A stretch of 64,000 bases of DNA from an uncultured Ruminococcus sp. (lineage in GTDB: Bacteria; Bacillota; Clostridia; Oscillospirales; Acutalibacteraceae), in the NCBI GenBank assembly GCA_902773135.1, contig CACYDP010000100.1:49-64048 (forward strand), given 5' to 3'. How positions within the stretch are numbered: position 1 is the first letter of the stretch; each line of letters starts with the position of its first letter. Positions 17,690-24,267 of the stretch are shown here, piece by piece. The position numbers were made by a program, and so were the translations under genes. A model generated the notes under the pieces. The model worked only from the letters and a program-made list of their open reading frames with translations. It was not told the DNA's origin and searched no databases.

Positions 17690-17788
17690 GGGGCGTTGCC
17701 CAAAATCCCACTAAGATGACCCCGGCAGGTCGTCCGCCCCTGCACCCGCAATTTTTTCTGACCGCTCAAAAGCCTTTTAATGAGGTTG
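17690..17788. repeat. Degenerate GC-rich element, possibly a rearranged relative of family A.
   Basis: ccgctcaaaagccttttaatgaggttg resembles the family A 5' hairpin. The reverse complement of gaccccggcaggtcg...cccactaag resembles the ccggggcttagggg core. The similarity is weak. Confidence 0.3.
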
Positions 17789-17814
17789 AAATTTTTCGGT
17801 GAATGATGTATAAT
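17786..17814 (+). promoter_or_regulatory. Sigma-A type promoter for the COG0523 gene pair.
   Basis: TTGAAA (17786-17791), a 17-nt spacer and TATAAT (17809-17814). Confidence 0.6.
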
Positions 17815-17856
17815 GAGGATAATGTTGATTTGAATAATGAAAAAGGAGAGATTTTA

Positions 17857-18927
17857 ATGACAAAAATTGATATTTTTTCAGGTTTTCTTGGAGCAGGCAA
17901 AACAACCCTGATTAAGAAACTGATCAAAGAAGGATATAAAAACGAACAGCTGGTTCTCATTGAAAACGAATTCGGTGAAATCGGCATTGACGGCGGTTTT
18001 TTGAAAGAAGCCGGCATTCAGATCAATGAAATGAATTCGGGCTGTATCTGCTGTTCTCTGGTAGGTGATTTCCGTGAAGCCCTTACCAAAGTGCTTGACC
18101 AGTATCACCCCGACCGCATTATCATAGAACCTTCGGGTGTTGGCAAGCTTTCTGATGTGATTGCAGCAGTTCAGACCGTTCAGAGTGATGATGTAAAACT
18201 GAACAGTTTCATTACCGTTGCCGATGCCTCGAAATGTAAAATTTATATGAAAAACTTCGGTGAATTTTATAATAACCAGATTGAAAACGCAAGCACCGTG
18301 ATCCTCAGCAGAACCCAGAATGTTTCCGATGACAAACTGGCAAAAGTGTTGGAACTGATTAAAGAACATAACCATACGGCTGCTATTGTAACGACTCCGT
18401 GGGACGAGCTGACGGGCGAACAGATTCTTTCTGCAACAGAGGGAAAAGCTCTGCTGACCGTAGAGGATGTTGCACACGAACATCATCACGACCACGGCGA
18501 AGACTGCACCTGCGGCTGTCACGATCATGACCATGACCACGAACATCATCACGAACACGATCATGACCATGACCATCATCACGAACACGATCATGACCAT
18601 GACCACGAACATCATCACAATCACGATCATGACCATCATCACCATCATCATGCAGATGAGGTATTTACCAGCTGGGGAAAAGAAACCGCCAGAAAATTTA
18701 CCAAAGAAGAAATCGAAAATATTCTTTCACAGCTTTCGGACAGTGAAAAATATGGTGTGGTTCTTCGTGCCAAAGGTATCGTTCCGGGTGCGGACGGACA
18801 GTGGCTGCATTATGACTTTGTACCGGAAGAATTTGAAGTTCGTACCGGTGCAGCCGATTATACGGGCAGAATCTGTGTAATCGGTTCAAAACTCAACGAG
18901 AACGAACTGGATAAACTTTTCGCATAA
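17857..18927 (+). CDS. COG0523 (CobW/ZigA/YjiA-type) G3E metallochaperone GTPase with a very His-rich insert.
   Basis: It has a Walker A motif (GFLGAGKTT), ENEFGE and a CxCC motif (GCICCS). A roughly 60-aa H/D/E tract is followed by a CobW_C-like end. An RBS (AGGAG) precedes the ATG at 17857. Confidence 0.85.
   Translation: MTKIDIFSGFLGAGKTTLIKKLIKEGYKNEQLVLIENEFGEIGIDGGFLKEAGIQINEMNSGCICCSLVGDFREALTKVLDQYHPDRIIIEPSGVGKLSDVIAAVQTVQSDDVKLNSFITVADASKCKIYMKNFGEFYNNQIENASTVILSRTQNVSDDKLAKVLELIKEHNHTAAIVTTPWDELTGEQILSATEGKALLTVEDVAHEHHHDHGEDCTCGCHDHDHDHEHHHEHDHDHDHHHEHDHDHDHEHHHNHDHDHHHHHHADEVFTSWGKETARKFTKEEIENILSQLSDSEKYGVVLRAKGIVPGADGQWLHYDFVPEEFEVRTGAADYTGRICVIGSKLNENELDKLFA
18475..18651 (+). 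repeat. Imperfect in-frame repeat encoding the His/Asp/Glu-rich tract.
   Basis: The encoded tract is HEHHHDHGEDCTCGCHDHDHDHEHHHEHDHDHDHHHEHDHDHDHEHHHNHDHDHHHHHH. The DNA unit gatcatgaccatgacca(c/t)..catcatcac recurs. Confidence 0.9.
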
Positions 18928-18952
18928 GTTTGACCGAAGACAATGCAAAGTC

Positions 18953-19009
18953 TTTGGAAAGGGGTTTGGGGAAGAACCTTTCTTCTGAGAAAGGTTTTCC
19001 CCAAGGAGC
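18953..19009 (+). repeat. Family B element copy 2, located inside the operon between the two COG0523-related genes.
   Basis: tttggaaaggggtttggggaagaacctttcttctgagaaaggttttccccaagg has the hairpin AACCTTTC/GAAAGGTT and aligns to 525-586. Confidence 0.45.
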
Positions 19010-19070
19010 GATGGACAAAGTTGATTCCCGTAATAACCGAACCTGTGGGGTTGATTGGAGAGATGACAGA

Positions 19071-20021
19071 ATGAAAGAAATACCGGTATATCTGTTTTTA
19101 GGTTTTCTTGACGGCGGAAAAACAAAATTTATACACGAAACGCTTTGCGATAAACGCTTTCAGAACGGTGACAGAACCCTTGTCATACTTTGTGAAGAGG
19201 GAGAAGAAGAACTTGATACTTCCCAATATGCGGGCGGCAAAAACGTTACCATTGTGACCGTGGAAGAGAAAGAACAGCTGACCCGTAAATTTTTGGAAGA
19301 CAGCCTGAAACAAAGCCGTGCCGAACGAGTGATGATCGAATATAACGGAATGTGGCTTTTGGATGACCTCGGTAATGCCCTGCCAAAAAACTGGCAGATT
19401 TATCAGATTATGATGATGGCAGATGCCGATACCTTTGAAATGTATAACAGCAATATGCGTCAGTTGGTTTACGATAAAATCAGTGTGACCGAAATGGTAG
19501 CCTTCAACCGCTGCAAAAACGGCTTTGATAAAATGCCGCTGCATACGATCGTAAGGGCAATCAACAGACGTGCCGCCATTATCTATGAATATGAAGACGG
19601 TACCATTGAAAATGATGATATTGTAGATCCTCTGCCGTTTGATGTTGATGCCCCTGTTATTGAGGTGAAAGACGAGGATTTCGGACTGCTTTATCTTGAT
19701 GCAATGGATAAGCCGGACGATTATGACGGCAAGACCGTTCGTTTCAAAGCACTGGTAGCCAGAAACAATAAACTGCCGCTCAACAGTTTTGTAGGCGGAA
19801 GATTTGCGATGCAGTGCTGTGCTGCGGATATTCGCTATGTCGGATTCCTGTGCAAATGGGACAAGGCGACCACACTTGCCAATAAAGGCTGGTATACTGT
19901 AACAGCAAAGATGAAATCCGAAAATGACGGAATGTTCGGCGGAGAAAAAGGACCGATGCTTTACGTAGAAGACGTTAAGTCTGCCAAAAAACCCGAAGAA
20001 GAAACCGTATATTTTTCCTGA
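19071..20021 (+). CDS. Fusion protein: a COG0523-like P-loop domain lacking CxCC, joined to a DUF1980-like C-terminal CCxxD domain.
   Basis: The N-terminus is MKEIPVYLFLGFLDGGKTKFI (GxxxxGKT), with no CxCC motif. The C-terminus FVGGRFAMQCCAADIRYVGFLC...GWYTVTAKM...PMLYVEDV resembles the C-terminal domain of TIGR03943/DUF1980 proteins. Confidence 0.6.
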   Translation: MKEIPVYLFLGFLDGGKTKFIHETLCDKRFQNGDRTLVILCEEGEEELDTSQYAGGKNVTIVTVEEKEQLTRKFLEDSLKQSRAERVMIEYNGMWLLDDLGNALPKNWQIYQIMMMADADTFEMYNSNMRQLVYDKISVTEMVAFNRCKNGFDKMPLHTIVRAINRRAAIIYEYEDGTIENDDIVDPLPFDVDAPVIEVKDEDFGLLYLDAMDKPDDYDGKTVRFKALVARNNKLPLNSFVGGRFAMQCCAADIRYVGFLCKWDKATTLANKGWYTVTAKMKSENDGMFGGEKGPMLYVEDVKSAKKPEEETVYFS

Positions 20022-20043
20022 TAAATCATATCGTTTTACAGAT

Positions 20044-20095
20044 AAAAACCAACGGCTTGAACACTTGGAATGTTCAGGCCGTTGGTTTCTTTTTA
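20044..20095. terminator. Bidirectional terminator between convergent genes.
   Basis: A long hairpin AAACCAACGGCTTGAACA / TGTTCAGGCCGTTGGTTT is flanked by A and T runs. Confidence 0.75.
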
Positions 20096-20129
20096 GCTTA
20101 ATGCCGGACAAATAGGAAAAAGGGTTTTG

Positions 20130-23100
20130 TTAATCAATTCTGCCGTTTCTATCGGCTTTTACCAGATCACCGTAAATCGTATGTTCTTCGCCCTGTGCAT
20201 TTCTGTAAACGAGATACGAACGTACATACCATATATCATTTGTAGACGCAGTGACTGTCCAGGTGTAGCTGCTGCTGCGATTGGAGAAGCTGCGGTATTT
20301 GATATAATCTGCGGTGTACTCTGTCAGATCATTTGCTTTGTCAGCATTTTTGGTAGCCAGCAAACCGGCATAAACGATGGTGCAGTTTTCCGGTACGCTG
20401 CTGATCGAAACAAAAGAGAGTTTCTTGTTTGCTTTTGCGGTAACGCTCTTGATAGAAGTTTTTGCCAGACTGTCGGGGTCTTGTTCGTAAACTGCTTTGA
20501 GAACCGTATTTTGTTTCGGCATCATAAAGAGATAGGTTTCCTTGGAAGATACTTTCACGCCATTTTTCAACCAATGAGAGAATTTTTGTCCATTGGGAGC
20601 TTGATCGGCAACGACTTTGACACGGTTGAGCATTTTGAATTCGCCTGATGTGCTGCCATCGGCAAGAGTGCCGTTTTCTACATTGACTGTATAGGTATTT
20701 TCTGTGATGTTCCAATTTTTCGATACCGTACCGGTATAATGATTGATACCTGTAACGGTAAGGGTATAGCTGCCTGCTTTGACTGCCGAATTGCCGCTTA
20801 CGGTATAGTCTTCGTTTTCAGTGAGGGTGACGTTGCCGATTGTAACAGTTACGTTAACCGTCTTGACAGAAGCATCATAAACGAAGGAATCTTCGGAAAG
20901 CGAAATATCTTCTTCACAAATATCGGTCGGATAGTTTTGCCATACATCACCGTTCAGTTTCTTAGAAGTACCGTCAATGACAAGACCTTCCGAATTGCCG
21001 TTGGCATCCTTGCGGGGATACCTGTGGTCGTTGTCCGAACCCGAACCTGCCGAGAAAATAACCTGACTGTTTTTGACAAAATCGCCTGTGACATCAAGTT
21101 CATACAGGTTGGTTTTGGGATTCAGTGTCATTTGTTTGCCGGGCCATGCTGCCATCGAACCGTTGCTGTTGTAAATATGAGCATAAACGTTGTTCCATTG
21201 ATAAGTGGAATTGTCAAAATAAATTTTAATGGATTTTTCATATTGGTAAGTGGATTCAATGGTGGTGCCGTCAGATTTTTTGCCTCTCACTGTCAGAGTG
21301 ACAGACTCGCCTGCCGATACCGAAGAACCAATCGTAATGGAATCACCGTCCTGATAGGAATGTTCACCGCTGTCTTCGGAAGTGGTGTATACGGTGTCGG
21401 TTACATCTTTCGCATAAAGAACAACATCAAGTGTATCCGTAAAGGCAGTGCCGGATTTCTTGGAGGCTGATACGCTGCCGGTCACAGCGGGGGGAGTGTA
21501 TTCTTGCCAACTGTGATTCTCGCCGAATATCATTGATTTGCCGCCGATGAGCATACCTTCAACATTGTTGGCGGGGTATCGGTTAGTATCAGCGTTTTTG
21601 CTTTCAGTGAAGATGATTTTGCCTGTTGAAGTGTATTGCTCCGGAATTTCCAGTACATAGAGATCGTCCGTCAGTTCTGTCATTTCCGTACCGGGCCATG
21701 CAGCCATTTGATCCGTACCGCTGTTGTAGACATAAGCATAAACGGTATTCCATTGATAGCTTGTATTATCGAAATAAACCATCGTCACAGAAGCGGGGGC
21801 TTTTTTATAATAGGTGTAGGTGGCAGTTACTTTTTCACCGTTGTTCTGTGTTCCTGTCAGTGTAACGGTAACGGAATCACCGAACGATGTAGAAGCACCT
21901 ATTGTGATGTTATCACCGTTTGTATAGCTGCCGGAAACATTTTCGGAGGTCTGATACTCGGCAGAAACAACATTGCTTGCATTGAGTGTCAGTGTCAGCG
22001 TATCAGCGGTAAATGTCGAGTTGTTTTTCTGGGATATTGATACACTGCCTTTGTTAAGGAGTTCATCAACAAAACATTCTTTCCAGCTGTGGTTTTCGCC
22101 GAAAAGCATAGAAGCACTGCCGATATACAGACCGGAATTGCCGGCAGCGGGGTATCTGTTGCCCGAAACATCACTTGTTTCGGTAAAGATAATTTTTCCT
22201 GTGCCTTTATAAGTACTTGCGTCAATCTCATAAAGACCTAATTCAGAGTTGTAGCTCATCAGTTTGCCCGGCCAGGCAGCATTCTCTGCGATATTGCCTG
22301 CACTGTCATAAATATAGGCATAAACCTGTTGCCATTGATAGCTTGTATTGTCAAAGTAAATTTTCAAAGCTTCGTTAGGATCTCTTTTGCGGTAGCGATA
22401 GGTAGCGTTAATCGCTGAACCGTCTGATTTAGTGCCGGAAACATCAACGGTAACATAAGAGCCGATTGCTGTTGAAGTACCGATGGTGATTTTGTCATTA
22501 TTCTTGTACGAACCTGATTGTCCTTCAGAAGTCGTATAATGTGCATCGGTGACATTGATGGCTTTGAGTGTTATGTCTGCTGTGCCTTCAAATGAAGTAT
22601 TGGTATTCGGTGAAGCACCGACACTTCCATTAAATACAGCATCTTCATAGATTACCGCAATACCCGAAGAGCCGATAGTACCGCTGATGGTACTTTCGGT
22701 AACGGTCCATTGATTTCCTGTAATCTCATCGGTATAAGTACCGGGCTCGACCGTAGAACCGCCGTTGGGAACGCTGACGGAAATATTGCTTCCGCTTGCA
22801 GCTGCTATAACAGCACCTTGTGTACGGCAGACAACAGAACAGTTATTGCCGGTGGTATAGTAATCGGGCTGACCCGACATAGCGTTATGAAAATGATTGA
22901 CAGCAGCAACTTCTGCCGAAGTAAAATGTGTGCTGCCTTTTTCTCCTGCGAAGATAGTTTCTTTTACAGTACTGCCGGGACGTGAAAAATACAGAGCCGT
23001 TGATCCGTTGCGGCTGGCAGCGATGGCATAGGCACGGTCAATCACATTCTGGCTCATCTGATTGGAATAGCCGTAATCCTGATTGTTGGACCAGGTATCG

Positions 23101-23882
23101 TGACTTTCGCCCCAATAGACGAGTTGGTCATTGGCGATTCCTCTGGTACTCCAGTTTCCGATGGAAGAAGCGGTATATCCGCTGTTAAATGCATCACGCA
23201 AGATCTTACCGTAATGATCGTCCGTGATATTCATATAGTCAGTGTATTCGCTCATCAGCGTTTTGTTTCGGTCGTCACTGCTGCTGCCGGGATCACCGAG
23301 AATTTCACCGTAGTTATACATATCAGGATCGATGACTTCCGACCAGAACGTACAGCCTTCGCTCGGCAGTGCAATATGTTTGGCAGCGTCCCAGCGTATG
23401 CCGTCAACACCGACACTTTTCAGTTCCTGTACATATTGTTTTACACAAGACTGAACGTAGGCATCTTCGGAATTAATATCGGGCATCGCACCAATAGGAA
23501 GCTGCGTTTTTTGAGCTCTGCTTCCCAGACCGGTACTGTCGTTGGAATGCCAGTACTGACTTGGCTTGAGATCCTCCTGGATATTGTTGTGGTTAGTATC
23601 AAGATGGTTGGCAACCACGTCAACGATAATTTTGATACCGTATTCGTCTGCGGCATCGCAGAGAGCCTTAAGTTCCTCTTTGGTACCCAGATCATTGCTG
23701 CCGATATAGAATCCCAGAGGCTGATACAGCCAGTACCATATACCTGTGCTTGTGCCTGTTTGTGCAGGTGATGTCTGAATGGAAGAAAAACCTGCCTTTG
23801 CGATGTTCGGAAGTTCGGCTTTAATGTCATTATAGGTCCAGTTAAAGCAATGAAGAATGGTACCGTCCTGAATATTGTCCAT
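20130..23882 (-). CDS. Multi-modular GH13 alpha-amylase with three CBM25/26-like starch-binding modules. The signal peptide is encoded upstream but out of frame with the start codon (see findings).
   Basis: The N-terminal catalytic domain shows ILHCFNW, IKIIVDVVANH, GIRWDAAKH, YGEILG and WGESHD. Three repeats of an Ig-like module plus YFDN(T/S)xYQWxxVYA(Y/H)(I/V)Y...AWPG(K/T)(L/E/Q)M follow. The C-terminus has Ig-like/B-repeat modules and no LPXTG or dockerin motif. Confidence 0.9.
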   Translation of the reverse strand: MDNIQDGTILHCFNWTYNDIKAELPNIAKAGFSSIQTSPAQTGTSTGIWYWLYQPLGFYIGSNDLGTKEELKALCDAADEYGIKIIVDVVANHLDTNHNNIQEDLKPSQYWHSNDSTGLGSRAQKTQLPIGAMPDINSEDAYVQSCVKQYVQELKSVGVDGIRWDAAKHIALPSEGCTFWSEVIDPDMYNYGEILGDPGSSSDDRNKTLMSEYTDYMNITDDHYGKILRDAFNSGYTASSIGNWSTRGIANDQLVYWGESHDTWSNNQDYGYSNQMSQNVIDRAYAIAASRNGSTALYFSRPGSTVKETIFAGEKGSTHFTSAEVAAVNHFHNAMSGQPDYYTTGNNCSVVCRTQGAVIAAASGSNISVSVPNGGSTVEPGTYTDEITGNQWTVTESTISGTIGSSGIAVIYEDAVFNGSVGASPNTNTSFEGTADITLKAINVTDAHYTTSEGQSGSYKNNDKITIGTSTAIGSYVTVDVSGTKSDGSAINATYRYRKRDPNEALKIYFDNTSYQWQQVYAYIYDSAGNIAENAAWPGKLMSYNSELGLYEIDASTYKGTGKIIFTETSDVSGNRYPAAGNSGLYIGSASMLFGENHSWKECFVDELLNKGSVSISQKNNSTFTADTLTLTLNASNVVSAEYQTSENVSGSYTNGDNITIGASTSFGDSVTVTLTGTQNNGEKVTATYTYYKKAPASVTMVYFDNTSYQWNTVYAYVYNSGTDQMAAWPGTEMTELTDDLYVLEIPEQYTSTGKIIFTESKNADTNRYPANNVEGMLIGGKSMIFGENHSWQEYTPPAVTGSVSASKKSGTAFTDTLDVVLYAKDVTDTVYTTSEDSGEHSYQDGDSITIGSSVSAGESVTLTVRGKKSDGTTIESTYQYEKSIKIYFDNSTYQWNNVYAHIYNSNGSMAAWPGKQMTLNPKTNLYELDVTGDFVKNSQVIFSAGSGSDNDHRYPRKDANGNSEGLVIDGTSKKLNGDVWQNYPTDICEEDISLSEDSFVYDASVKTVNVTVTIGNVTLTENEDYTVSGNSAVKAGSYTLTVTGINHYTGTVSKNWNITENTYTVNVENGTLADGSTSGEFKMLNRVKVVADQAPNGQKFSHWLKNGVKVSSKETYLFMMPKQNTVLKAVYEQDPDSLAKTSIKSVTAKANKKLSFVSISSVPENCTIVYAGLLATKNADKANDLTEYTADYIKYRSFSNRSSSYTWTVTASTNDIWYVRSYLVYRNAQGEEHTIYGDLVKADRNGRID

Positions 23883-24188
23883 CAGTCCGTAATCGACTGT
23901 GCTGTCAGGGCTGACCGCATAACTCGTTACTGTTCCCAGTCCTGCTGCCGATGAGGCGAGAAGGGAGGCAGAAAGAGTGATACTCAGAGCTTTTGTTCTG
24001 AAAAATGACGATTTGACCGTATTTTGCCGTTCATCAAAATTCCCCCTTAATCAAAAATTCTTTATCATTTATTTTAACATTAAATTAGCATATTTGTAAA
24101 TAGTTTTTATCATAATGCACAACATTTTGTAGAACAATCCAAATTCAAACGGGATTTATCGGTAATATTGCCTTTTTACTGTAAAAGA

Positions 24189-24234
24189 TAAAAAAACGCA
24201 CAGCGGGCTGTCACCAATAACAGCTGCTGTGCGT
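24189..24234 (-). terminator. Rho-independent terminator after the YfhO gene.
   Basis: The minus-strand stem is ACGCACAGC / GCTGTGCGT followed by T7. Confidence 0.75.
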
Positions 24235-24267
24235 TGCAAAGATGTGAAACAAGTTCTGAAAGCCTGT

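Noticed and set aside
17682-17856. A cobalamin riboswitch or Zur box upstream of the CobW-like genes.
   Set aside because: No B12-box-like sequence is present, and there is no convincing palindrome of the Firmicute Zur type around the promoter. The spacer contains only the degenerate GC-rich element plus a sigma-A promoter.
17878-18880. Alternative-frame ORFs through the His-rich tract (17878-18651 minus, 18467-18880 plus).
   Set aside because: They are artefacts of the low-complexity CAY/GAY repeat, which stays open in several frames. The COG0523 frame is continuous and motif-bearing on both sides.
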